A stretch of DNA of 64,000 nt from a bacterium (GTDB taxonomy: Bacteria; Patescibacteriota; Minisyncoccia; Phycocordibacterales; CAIZLB01): assembly GCA_031411135.1 (NCBI GenBank), contig JANOAN010000007.1, positions 4,214-68,213 on the forward strand, read 5' to 3'. Shown piece after piece: positions 35,262-45,700 of this stretch (the first letter of the stretch is position 1; the number at the start of each line of letters is the position of its first letter). A program made the translations under genes and the position numbers. The notes under the pieces are model-generated. The model did not search any database, was not told the DNA's origin, and saw only the letters and a program-made list of their open reading frames with translations.

Positions 35262-36434
35262 CTACTTTAACTTAGAACGTCGTAAAAACGCAGGAATAGC
35301 ATTCCAATCGTCTTCTTCCTTGTCATCCTTTTTCTTATCAGTCTTCATAGGCTCTGTCGAGTTAGCAGTCGGCTGATCGAATGAACTAACTGGAATTGAA
35401 TTGAAAATTTTTCCACGCTCTTTTTCAACTGGCGCTTCAACAGGATTATCAAAAAGACTTTTCTTGATTGCTTCCGAATTTGGGAAGTTTGCTGCGATAA
35501 CAGTAATTCTAAGTTCGTTCTTTTTCAATCTCTCATCACGAACTGTACCGAAAATAATCTTGGCGTTAGGGTCAACTGATTCTGTAATAAGTTTCGCAGC
35601 TTCCTGGATTTCCCACATTGTAAGGTCTTCACCACCAGCGATTGAGAAAAGCACTCCTTTTGCTCCGTGGATTGAAACATCGAGAAGTGGAGAGCTAATA
35701 GCAGCACGAGCGGCTTCTTCTGCGCGCTTTTCACCACTTGCAAATCCGATACCCATTAACGCTGATCCTGCGTTTTCAAGAACTGCGCGGATGTCTGCGA
35801 AGTCGATGTTACCAACAGTTCCTGGCATAGTTATTAATTCTGAAATTCCTTCCACTGCTTGCTTCAAAACTTCATCACACATTCCAAAAGCCTGTTTTGC
35901 AGTAGTTTCCTTAGAAACTGTTGCCATTAAACGATCGTTTGGGATTACCACAAGTGCATCAACTGATCTAGACAATTCTGCCAAGCCTTGTTCAGCCAGT
36001 CGCATTCGCTGCTGTCCTTCGAAAGAGAAGGGTTTTGTTACAACAGCAACTGTTAACGCCCCCATCTCTTTTGCAATTTTTGCAATAACAGGTGAGGCAC
36101 CAGTACATGTTCCACCTCCAAGTCCACCCGATACGAAAACCATATCAGAATTTTTCAATGCCTCCTGAATTTCTTCTTTTGTTTCTTCGGCTGCTTTTTT
36201 TCCAACTTCTGGATTCATACCAGCGCCCAGTCCTTTTGTAAGATTTTTTCCAATATGAATTTTCTTTTTCGAAAGTGCGTGATGCAAATCTTGTGCGTCA
36301 GTATTGATAGCGAGAAAATCTACGCCTTTAACTTTTGAATTGATCATATGATTGATCGCATTTTTTCCTGAACCGCCGACTCCGACGACTTTAATGCGAG
36401 CAAATGTTTCAACTTCTGGTTTGACCTGGGGCAT
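35262..36434 (-). CDS. ftsZ: Cell division GTPase FtsZ
   Basis: GGGTCTGASPVIA tubulin signature; KVVGVGGSGKNA N-terminus. Confidence 0.9.
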   Translation of the reverse strand: MPQVKPEVETFARIKVVGVGGSGKNAINHMINSKVKGVDFLAINTDAQDLHHALSKKKIHIGKNLTKGLGAGMNPEVGKKAAEETKEEIQEALKNSDMVFVSGGLGGGTCTGASPVIAKIAKEMGALTVAVVTKPFSFEGQQRMRLAEQGLAELSRSVDALVVIPNDRLMATVSKETTAKQAFGMCDEVLKQAVEGISELITMPGTVGNIDFADIRAVLENAGSALMGIGFASGEKRAEEAARAAISSPLLDVSIHGAKGVLFSIAGGEDLTMWEIQEAAKLITESVDPNAKIIFGTVRDERLKKNELRITVIAANFPNSEAIKKSLFDNPVEAPVEKERGKIFNSIPVSSFDQPTANSTEPMKTDKKKDDKEEDDWNAIPAFLRRSKLK

Positions 36435-36588
36435 GTTGTATTTTATGTATAGTTTAAAGGCAGCTTTTTAAAAAGCTTTCTTGTCTGGTAAATTTAATGA
36501 TTCTTGCTGACTATTGCTTTCTTCCAAAGGAATAATCAAGAGCGGCCTTAGGGGTATAATAGCATGTTTTTGGGGGAGGGCAATACAG

Positions 36589-37698
36589 CTAGCTTTGGAC
36601 CTTGAATAGGAGGTTATTACGAGGAACCTCCCTGTCATTTTGTGGAGAATAAACAAAAGGTACTTGAACGTATTTAGATAGTAAACTTCCAACAAAATCT
36701 TCCACAAATTTTTTCGTTTTTAAATCCTCTTCCAAATTTCTATAAGTCCCAAAAACTGCGAAATAAATTGGTCCAGAAGTTGTATACATAATCCCTGCAT
36801 AATTTCTGTGATAATCAAGATATCCAGATTTTGCAACAATTCCAGAAGTGGTAGCCATTGAGAGGAGTGTTTTCTCAAGCGGTCCTGGATCAACACGAGG
36901 GATAGACATTAGGTGTTGAATTTCTAAACCAGACTTTTCTAAGTTCTTTATCACTCGAATGGTTAATTCGCAGGTCGTGTAATTATCAGCAAGTCCCGAG
37001 CCTGTTCCGAAATGTATATCTGCGCCGTATGTTTCTTTCATGTATTTTTCAAATTCATATGACCCACCAGCTCTTAGGAATAAAGTGTTAGCAGATATGT
37101 TTGTTGAATAATCGTTTATTTGCTTTATTAAAATCGAAAGTGGTGCGGACTGGTATTGGTAGTGAATGCCCGGTCCAGAGTACGCATTTTCAGAATATTG
37201 AACAGAGGATTTTATTCCGTAATGATTTAAGGCATAACCTAGCTCTTTTGTGACACTGGCGTTGTTTTGTTGCCAGTCCATGTAAAAGTCTTTTGAAAAA
37301 ATTAAATGATTGAAATTTGTTCCAATTTTTTTGAAAATAGAATTTAAATTTTCAACCACAAAATGTGGATCACCTCCACCGTTTATATATAAAGTATCAC
37401 CATCCACATAAAGATTAGTCGTATATCTGAAATCTTTTCCAAGTTTGGTCAGTGCAAAATCAAAAGTGTAAAGTTTTGAAATGGAGGCGGGGATTACACT
37501 TTTGTCTTGATTATATTCCGCAATTGTTCCTGTGGCGTTTTCAAGACAAAAAACTTGATCCTTTGTATTTAGTTTATAATTCTTTGCAAAGCTTTCAAGC
37601 TGGTAGGGAGGCCTTTCTGTAATTACAAAAAAGATAAATGCAATTACTGCAATTAAAACAATAATTATAGTGACGATTGCAACAATCTTTCTCTGCAT
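36589..37698 (-). CDS. D-alanyl-D-alanine carboxypeptidase/endopeptidase-like protein (PBP4/S13-like), membrane-anchored
   Basis: N-terminal TM; SxxK motif (PASISKLY); SxN-like SEN and GTGSG (KTG-like) motifs; sits within the ftsA-ftsZ dcw context. Confidence 0.5.
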   Translation of the reverse strand: MQRKIVAIVTIIIVLIAVIAFIFFVITERPPYQLESFAKNYKLNTKDQVFCLENATGTIAEYNQDKSVIPASISKLYTFDFALTKLGKDFRYTTNLYVDGDTLYINGGGDPHFVVENLNSIFKKIGTNFNHLIFSKDFYMDWQQNNASVTKELGYALNHYGIKSSVQYSENAYSGPGIHYQYQSAPLSILIKQINDYSTNISANTLFLRAGGSYEFEKYMKETYGADIHFGTGSGLADNYTTCELTIRVIKNLEKSGLEIQHLMSIPRVDPGPLEKTLLSMATTSGIVAKSGYLDYHRNYAGIMYTTSGPIYFAVFGTYRNLEEDLKTKKFVEDFVGSLLSKYVQVPFVYSPQNDREVPRNNLLFKVQS

Positions 37699-37701
37699 AC
37701 T

Positions 37702-38898
37702 TTAAGGCAAAAACTGCTTGATCCACTTCCAAATGGTGCTTCTAGTTTTTCCAATAAGTCGCATTCCTTCCTTTATATCAACTGTATTTTCATCTTCTGA
37801 ATTAAGCCCAAGAATTCCAAGACCATAACCAACAACCCACTCAGCCTGTTTCTCATTGATAAATTTAAAAGTAGTATCGTACTTCATTCCAGGACACTTT
37901 GATGGAAGGTGAAGGGAAGTGCGCGCTGCGTTTTCAATTCCTGTCAGGGTAGACCCTCCTCCGATCATGATGATACCAGCAGGAAGGAGTCCACTTCGAT
38001 CGATCTTTTTTAAATGAGTATCAATTAGTTCAAAAATATCAGATAAACGTGCATCAATGATACCGTCTAATTTTTTACGAGATACAGAAGGAGCTCCAGC
38101 CGATCCTGTTTTTACGAGCTCGGCTTCTTCTAGGGATATTTGCAATCCCAATGCAATATCATTTGTGATATCGTTTGAACCGATTGGAAAGACTTCTAAT
38201 GAAATCGGAATATTATTTTCAAAGACAATTATAGAAGTTGTCTCTGCTCCTATGTTAACCAATACGCAACCTGCGATTTTTTGTGTTTTCGACAAAGCAA
38301 CCAAACTGGCTGCCATTGGTGCAGCAACCACATCCTCGATAGAAAGTCCTGCCTCTTCAACTGCAAGTAACATGTCATTCAAATGGTGTGTCTGGCAAGT
38401 GATATAGAGAACACGCGCCTCTAAACGGATTCCTTTCATTCCTTGAGGGCGACCCAAAACGCGTTTCCCATCAACTCGATATTCAAGTGCTACGCTGTGA
38501 ATAATTTTTCGATTACTGATATATGCGGAGGGAAGTTCTTTTTCGCTTTCTTCGATTGCACGGTTTACATCAAGGTCTGTAATTTCACTATCTGCTTTTG
38601 TTGTGTTTACAATACCGACTCCTACGATTGCAGAAAGTCCAACACCTCCAACAGAAAGGTATGCTTTTTTAATTTTTAATTCTGAATTTTTTTCGCATTG
38701 TACTACTGCAGCTCGAATGCTTTTTGCCACTTCACTAATATTAGAAATATAACCATGTCGGATTCCTTTTGATTCAGAAACACCATAGCCAACAATTTTT
38801 GGCTGAGTTGGGATTGAGGTTTCAAGAGAACGTTCAACCGCTATCACTTTGACGCTGGAAGTACCGATGTCTATTCCGACTGATGTGGTGCGGCTCAT
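37702..38898 (-). CDS. ftsA: Cell division protein FtsA
   Basis: Actin-like ATPase fold motifs (VGIDIGTSSVKV…; IMIGGGSTLTGIE); lies immediately upstream of ftsZ. Confidence 0.8.
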   Translation of the reverse strand: MSRTTSVGIDIGTSSVKVIAVERSLETSIPTQPKIVGYGVSESKGIRHGYISNISEVAKSIRAAVVQCEKNSELKIKKAYLSVGGVGLSAIVGVGIVNTTKADSEITDLDVNRAIEESEKELPSAYISNRKIIHSVALEYRVDGKRVLGRPQGMKGIRLEARVLYITCQTHHLNDMLLAVEEAGLSIEDVVAAPMAASLVALSKTQKIAGCVLVNIGAETTSIIVFENNIPISLEVFPIGSNDITNDIALGLQISLEEAELVKTGSAGAPSVSRKKLDGIIDARLSDIFELIDTHLKKIDRSGLLPAGIIMIGGGSTLTGIENAARTSLHLPSKCPGMKYDTTFKFINEKQAEWVVGYGLGILGLNSEDENTVDIKEGMRLIGKTRSTIWKWIKQFLP

Positions 38899-38940
38899 TT
38901 TGATAAAAATATTTTGAAGTTTTTAAGAACCCGAATTCTA

Positions 38941-39324
38941 TTAAACCTTGAAAGCTTTGCGGATTCTCTCTTCTTCACTCTCCATTCTACTACTATGTTC
39001 GTATCCTTTCAAATGAAACAAACCGTGGATAAATATAAATTTCAAGTAATTATCATAAGTGCGCTCAAAGAGGGGCGCTTTTTGGCGAGCTTTGTCAGGA
39101 TTAATTACAACTTCACCAACATTTTTGTCTACGTTAAATGAAAGTATGTCTGTTGCGTAATCTTTATTTCGATATTTTTTATTTAAAGTTTTTATTTTCT
39201 TTGTACCAATAAAAGCCAAACTTAGATCAAAGTTTTTTCCTAAAACTTTATTTTTCATATTTGTAAAAAGCACCCCGTTAATTTTCGGAGTGCTTTTTAC
39301 AGTGCTAGAGATTGAAATCTGCAT
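38941..39324 (-). CDS. ybeY: rRNA maturation RNase YbeY
   Basis: HGLFHLKGYEH metal-binding motif (H3xH5xH). Confidence 0.8.
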   Translation of the reverse strand: MQISISSTVKSTPKINGVLFTNMKNKVLGKNFDLSLAFIGTKKIKTLNKKYRNKDYATDILSFNVDKNVGEVVINPDKARQKAPLFERTYDNYLKFIFIHGLFHLKGYEHSSRMESEEERIRKAFKV

Positions 39325-39329
39325 TTAGA

Positions 39330-39572
39330 TTACTTTCGGCGAACCTTTACTGGAAGCTTTCCAAGCTTTGCCAATTTTTCGTATTCAGCCTTTCTTCGTA
39401 GTCGTTCAAGTCGTGCCATTTTAACTTTGTAAGGAGAAAGTTTTCTTTCTGCGTATCGGATGCTTCGAACACGAGGAAGAACGCCAGAGTCCTGTGTACG
39501 CTTTGAAAAACGTCGCAAAACGGATGCTGGGCTTTCTGAGGGGTTTCTTTCGATTGAAATATTGATTGCCAT
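39330..39572 (-). CDS. rpsU: 30S ribosomal protein S21
   Basis: 80 aa, highly basic; …VLRRFSKRTQDSGVLPRVR…ERKLSPYK… S21-like pattern. Confidence 0.65.
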   Translation of the reverse strand: MAINISIERNPSESPASVLRRFSKRTQDSGVLPRVRSIRYAERKLSPYKVKMARLERLRRKAEYEKLAKLGKLPVKVRRK

Positions 39573-39685
39573 AGGGTTACAAATGTAGCATAGGGCTTCG
39601 TCTTTATCAAGGGGGAAAAGGTTTCAAGTAAAGCCAACTTCACATTGTCTATGCGAAATGTATAATATGAATCATTCAATATAAT

Positions 39686-39898
39686 ATGAAAGAAATTATT
39701 AAAAATGAAGTTGGTAAATTCAGAACTGATAAGGGTGTGACCCAAGAGGATTTGGCCTCGACTGTAAACGTCAGTCGTCAAACTATAATTGCTCTTGAGA
39801 AAGGTAACTACACGCCATCAATTTTACTAGCCATTAAAATCGCTGACTTCTTTAAGGTTTCAGTCGAAAAAATATTTAAAATATCCAATGAAAAATAA
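39686..39898 (+). CDS. XRE-family HTH transcriptional regulator
   Basis: 70 aa; GVTQEDLASTVNVSRQTIIALEKG helix-turn-helix. Confidence 0.75.
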   Translation: MKEIIKNEVGKFRTDKGVTQEDLASTVNVSRQTIIALEKGNYTPSILLAIKIADFFKVSVEKIFKISNEK

Positions 39899-40250
39899 TC
39901 TCAAAGAATTTATTGTCACTTTCGGTCTGGTCATCACTGCGGTGTTACTTTTGAACCCATTTCATTTTTGGATGCCTAGCATGTTACTTATGAGTATTTT
40001 AGCAGTGATTCTTGTTTTGTTTGGGATATTTACCAGCTTTGTTCTCAGGGAAAAAATAACAGACGAGAGGGATGCGCAACACCGTACTCTTGCTGGTAGA
40101 AGTGCCTTCTTAGCGGGGTCAGCAGTTCTTATTCTAGGTATTATTGTACAGGGTTATAGAGAAGCCGTTGACGGTTGGCTTGTTGTGACTCTTATTGTTA
40201 TGGTGGTTACAAAGATGAGCGTCCGTATTTGGAGTGACCGAAACCTCTAG
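39888..40250 (+). CDS. small membrane protein (3 TM), overlaps the upstream HTH gene by 11 nt
   Basis: Three hydrophobic helices; typical partner arrangement of short XRE regulators. Confidence 0.5.
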   Translation: MKNNLKEFIVTFGLVITAVLLLNPFHFWMPSMLLMSILAVILVLFGIFTSFVLREKITDERDAQHRTLAGRSAFLAGSAVLILGIIVQGYREAVDGWLVVTLIVMVVTKMSVRIWSDRNL

Positions 40251-40336
40251 TTATCCACTTCATATGTAAAGTCTACTTTACATATTTTTTGCACAATATA
40301 TAATAATCATATTATATTAATCACAATTATTTTTTT

Positions 40337-40810
40337 ATGAATAATAACAAAGGAATTATTTTAGGAGTTATCGTTTTGGTTTTGATCGCAGGTGGTGTCT
40401 ATGCATCAATGAATGGTAAAGATAGTGACATGATGGCTTCTGATATTAAATCTGGTGATCAGGCGATGGTGGAAAAAAAATCAGACAATATGGTAAAAGC
40501 CGGCACGTATGAAGCATACTTAGCTGAAAGTGTTGCTATGGCATCTGATACTCACGATGTTGTCTTGTTTTTCAGAGCAAGCTGGTGCCCTACATGTAGA
40601 GCATTGGATTCTGATATAAATTTAAATTCAAAAATGATTCCCGCTAGTTTGAGTATACTGGACGTTGATTATGATAAATCGACAGATTTGAAGAAAAAAT
40701 ATAGTGTCACTTATCAGCACACTTTTGTTCAGGTGGATAATAAAGGAAATTTGATCAAAAAGTGGAGCGGAAGCCCTACTTTGGCTGCACTTGTGGCAGA
40801 ATTAAAATAG
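40337..40810 (+). CDS. secreted/membrane-anchored thioredoxin-like protein
   Basis: N-terminal TM; WCPTC active site (FFRASWCPTCRALD). Confidence 0.7.
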   Translation: MNNNKGIILGVIVLVLIAGGVYASMNGKDSDMMASDIKSGDQAMVEKKSDNMVKAGTYEAYLAESVAMASDTHDVVLFFRASWCPTCRALDSDINLNSKMIPASLSILDVDYDKSTDLKKKYSVTYQHTFVQVDNKGNLIKKWSGSPTLAALVAELK

Positions 40811-40811
40811 C

Positions 40812-42636
40812 ATGTTTCTATTTTTACTTTCCTTCATCGCTGGGATTCTAACAATTCTTGCACCATGTACGCTTCCTTTGCTTCCACTTATGGTTGGAAG
40901 CTCGATTGCGGGGGGTGGGGAATCAGCTTCAACAAATAAAAAGAAAGCTTTTACGATTGCAGCGTCGCTCGGTATTTCAATTGTTCTCTTTACTTTCATC
41001 CTAAAGGTCAGCACTGCCTTTATTGATATACCGCCGTATACTTGGTCTATTATTTCCGGAGTGATCATTGTAATATTCGGATTAATCACAGTTTTTCCAT
41101 CCATTTGGGAAAAAATTCCCTTTGTTTCAAAGTTAAGCATTGGATCTAACAAACTACTCGGTACTGGCTACCAAAAGAAAAGTTTCTGGGGGGGATGTAA
41201 TTATCGGTGCTTCACTTGGTCCTGTATTTACTACATGTAGTCCAACTTACTTTATTATTCTGGCCACGGTTCTTCCGCAGTCGTTCTTGGTGGGTCTTTT
41301 AGATTTAGTCGCATATGCCGTGGGGCTCTCAGGGATGGTCCTTCTCGTGGCTTTTCTTGGGCAGAAAGTTGTAAATCGATTAGGGGTGTTCTCTGATCCA
41401 AGAGGGATATTTAAAAAAGTCCTCGGAATCATATTCTTGATTATTGGTGTACTGATACTATTTGGTTTTGACAAAGTGCTTGAAACTAAACTTTTAGATT
41501 CAGGAATCTTTGATATTACAAAAGTTGAACAAAAGTTATTAGAATTAAATAATAAACCAAGCGTTAGACTGGAAGACCAGTTGAAAGATTTGCCAGCCCA
41601 GACATGTAACGCGACGTCATGTTTACCAACTGTTAATTTGAATGAAACAACAACTAATGTTGTTTCTACTACTTCTGTAATTCAAAAGATTCAAAAATCA
41701 CAAGATGCTAGGCCTAAGGGTATTCCCGCACCTGAAATTACTAATCCAAGTGATTTCATCAACACTGATGGTAAACCAATTACAATTTCACAATTTAGAA
41801 ATAAAAAAGTTGTACTCATAGATTTCTGGACTTACAGTTGTATTAACTGCCAAAGAAGCCTTCCATATGTAAACGCTTGGTATGACAAATACAAAGATCA
41901 AGGATTAGAAGTAATTGGAATTCACACCCCAGAATTTGCTTTTGAAAAAGTAAAAGAAAACGTTGAAAAAGCCACCAAGAGATTTGGAGTTAAGTATCCA
42001 GTGGTAATGGATAATAATTACGGAACTTGGGGAGCGTTTGACAATAATTCTTGGCCGAGAAAATACTTGATTGATGAAAATGGGGAAATTATATATGACC
42101 ACATTGGTGAAGGGGAATATGACACGACAGAGTTGGTTATACAAAATGCGTTAAAAAATCTACATGCAAATGATCAGATGACTGTCTCGAAAGGGATTGT
42201 GGCACCAACAAACGCCATCGATCCTTCAACTATCAAAGTGGGTAGTCCTGAAGTTTATTTTGGTTCTGGAAGAAATCAGTACTTGTCGAATGGTCAAAAA
42301 AGAACAACAGGTGTTCAACAATTTACAATTCCCCAAACTATATTTAAAAACTCATTGTACCTAGGCGGTGCTTGGAATATTCAGAATGAATATGCTGAAG
42401 GACAATGATCTTCAACTATTACTTTCGATTACAAAGCTAAAAACGTCTACATGGTCGCAAGCGCCGACAAGCCAATCACTTTGCACATATATATATAGAC
42501 AACGTTAAGACTAGAGACGTGATAGTTTCAGAAAACACCTTGTATACCTTAGTAGAGGGATCAGAATATGGAGAACACCTCTTGAGAATCGAAACTGACG
42601 GGGCAGGGCTGAAGGCATTTACCTTTACGTTCGGGT
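40812..42636 (+). pseudogene. DipZ/DsbD-like fusion (CcdA transmembrane domain + TlpA/redoxin thioredoxin domain + C-terminal beta-sandwich ending FTFTFG), disrupted by a frameshift in a G7 run, an in-frame TGA and a slip in (TA)5
   Basis: CcdA N-terminus ILAPCTLPLLPLMVG (40812-41240). The frame changes at ctGGGGGGGatg (41186-41194) into ORF 41140-42408, which carries the redoxin domain (FWTYSCINCQRSLPYV). TGA at 42406-42408 is in frame with …SSTITFDYKAKNVYMVASADKPITLHIYI, and a -1/+1 slip in atatatatata (~42487-42497) leads to …DNVKTRDVIVSENTLYTLVEGSEYGEHLLRIETDGAGLKAFTFTFG*. Confidence 0.55.
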
Positions 42637-42717
42637 AGAGTTTGTTCCTAGACATCCTATATTATAAAATATATAATTTTAAGTATTAATACTTAAGATT
42701 ATATATTTTATTATCTC

Positions 42718-45700
42718 ATGAAAAAATTCCTACTAGCTACTTTTGTACTAGCTGCAGCCTTCTTCTCTGTTAATTTTCCGAGCACTACAGATGCTGCCTC
42801 TTTTGTTAAAAAAATTATAGTTCCAAGAGATCAGTTTACCTCATCAACGGGTATTAGATTGTCCTCAGGAATTCTGGTTGGCAATAAATTGTATGTACCA
42901 GTAGGCAGTTCATCGGGCGTCGCAGTCATCGATGTAAACAGCGACACTTTTTTAAAAGCTATTCCATATAATAAAGCTTACGCAGCAAACTCAAGAACAC
43001 TCATTGGTTCAAAAATATACTTTACATCACAGAATAGTATTGATGTGTTAGATACCACAACTGATACAATTGTGAGTAGTTATTCAGACGGGAACATAAC
43101 CGCTCTCGGTGCCCTCACCCTGGTTGCTCCTAATATTGCCTATGCACCATCAGGGCAAGGTGTGATGGTATTTAATACGTCTACAAATAAAATAGAATCA
43201 AAAATTCCAAGGATAAAAGCAAAGACTTATTCAACCGCAGTTTATGGTAGTTATGGGGCAAGTTATTTGTCTGGTAATAAATTTTATGCAGTAAACGTAG
43301 ACGGTTACGGGGGTATTGATGTTTTCGACACTTCTACAAATGAATTTGTAATGACTATTAATAAAGGTACAGCCTATAACTATGCTGGCGCACCTGTTCT
43401 TAATGGAGATAAATTATATGCCATCAGATATGGTAGTTCTAAATATGTAGACATAATTAACACAAACACAAATACAGTTTCTGATTCAATAAAACTAGCA
43501 TATGATCTAAGACCATCGATTACTGTTATCGGAAATAAGTTGTTTGCCCTACCTTATAGTAGTGGTCATATAGATGTCTATGATCTTACAACAAAACAAC
43601 TTGTAGCCCAGATTCCAAATGTAAATGGTTATTCGGGAGCGGTGGGAACATTGGTTGGAAATAATCTGTATCTTCCAAGTTACAGTAAGACTGTTGTTGA
43701 TGTTGTTGATGTTGTAAATAATAAATTAATAACAAGTATTAATACTGCCAGCAATTACTACGATTCAGCTACTTTGGTTGGAACAAAGTTATACGTGCCA
43801 AGCTTTAATACAGTAATAGATGTGATCGATACTGTCGGCGATTCAACTGGTATTGTAGCAGTCCCTTATTCAGACCCTGTCTTGTTATCAGAGGTACCAC
43901 AGACAAACCCTATACCAAGTAATACATACAAGTTCGATCCAGTTAATGGAATAAAAAATGTTCCTATCTACAATTTTAGTCTTAATTCGAAAAGTGAAAG
44001 GTCTGATATTGAACATATCTTCTTTGGCTACAATAATTTAATAGGAACAATACCTACAGATTTCCATCTTTATGTAGGAAGTTCAACATTGATTAATGTC
44101 AAGCCGAGGATAACTCCAGTAAGTTTTGTGTTCGATTATATTAATCGCAGTATTCCAGCAGATACTACCGAATCATTCACGGTTACAGCGGATTTTCCTG
44201 GAAGCGGTTACTCTACTTCAAGTGTGGGTATCTATCTCGCTGGAGTTAGTTACAGAGATAAAACTCGCAAGTCAATTAACTTAGGAGGTACGACTGTTAC
44301 ACAAAGTGGATCTGGTGGGGTCTCTACATCCATCCCAAATCCTGTTGGTTCTTATAAAGGTCAAACACAGTATTTTGTTAGAAATTCATCTGCTGTTAAT
44401 TCTGTAGCGACAACTACTGCAACTCTTACTGTAAATGGAAGTCATAACGTCACTGTGAGCCCGGGTGATAATTTGTTATTTTCATGGAGCTCTGTAAATG
44501 CAAGTAGTTATTCACCAAATGTTGTGCCATCAAAAACAAGTTGTAATGGGTATGATTTAGCCCTCGTGTTCTCATTAAACGGAACTTACAACGGCCAAGC
44601 GCCGCAGAAACCTGGATGTTCATACGAGCTAACATATACTGCTGGAATAAACGGAGTTCCAAATTCTAATTCTTCAGATACGGTTGTTATTAATGTTAAG
44701 GATCAAAAGCCAGCATCTCTGAGTGCTGTGATAGAAAAGGATCCTTTAGGATCAAATGTCTATAGTATTGATCCTTACGACACTACAACTGTACCCTTAT
44801 ATAGCTTCAAACTTAAATCACAAGATGGAAATTCGACAATTACATCTATTTCACTAAATGTTCTTTCCGAGTCTGGAACACACACTTCTCCAAAGACACT
44901 ATATCTTTATGATGGCTCAACATTGTTAAGTTCTAAAACTGTATCTGATAGGTTTGTTGTATTTAACAATCTAAACTATGTAGTTGGTTCAGATGTAACA
45001 AAAATGTTCACTGTTAAGGGGGATTTTCCTACAAATACAGTATCGACATCCACTGCCTCTTTGTCTGTTAGTGGTATTACTTACAAGATTTCAAATGGTA
45101 CAACTCCATATATGGGGATTCTTCCGTTGGCTGGTCAAACTCAGTATCTAGTAAAAAAAGGATCAGTAAGTGAAGAAACAAATTCTACACCTTGTACTTC
45201 GCCAATTCCTACATTCTCTGTTAATGCTACAGTCGGAGACAGTAATGATGTTGTGCACAACTTAAAGTGTTTCCTAAGTTCAAAAGGCTATCTATTGGGG
45301 AACTACTTGAATAATTATTATGGAGATAAAACTAAAGCAGCCTTAGCAACGTATCAAGTTTCAAAAGGTATTACACCAAATGACGGTGTGAATTTCGGTC
45401 CGATTACCAGAGCGGCGGTGAATGCGGATATTGCATCAGTAGTAAAACCACTACCAGTTGTTGTTACAACTACATCAGCAACCGCTCCTTCAATTCAGAC
45501 AACAACTCCTGTTATACCAGCTACCCCTCAACCAACCGCCTCACTCACAGCGAATGATAAAAGTGGAGATGTAACTGTTTATGTTAATGAGCCACTAACC
45601 TACAAATGGACTTCAACAAACGCAAACATATTCAGATCAAGTTACATTGGATCACCAGCATCATGTGGTTCAGGAGATAATTGGGTTGCAAGTACAACAA

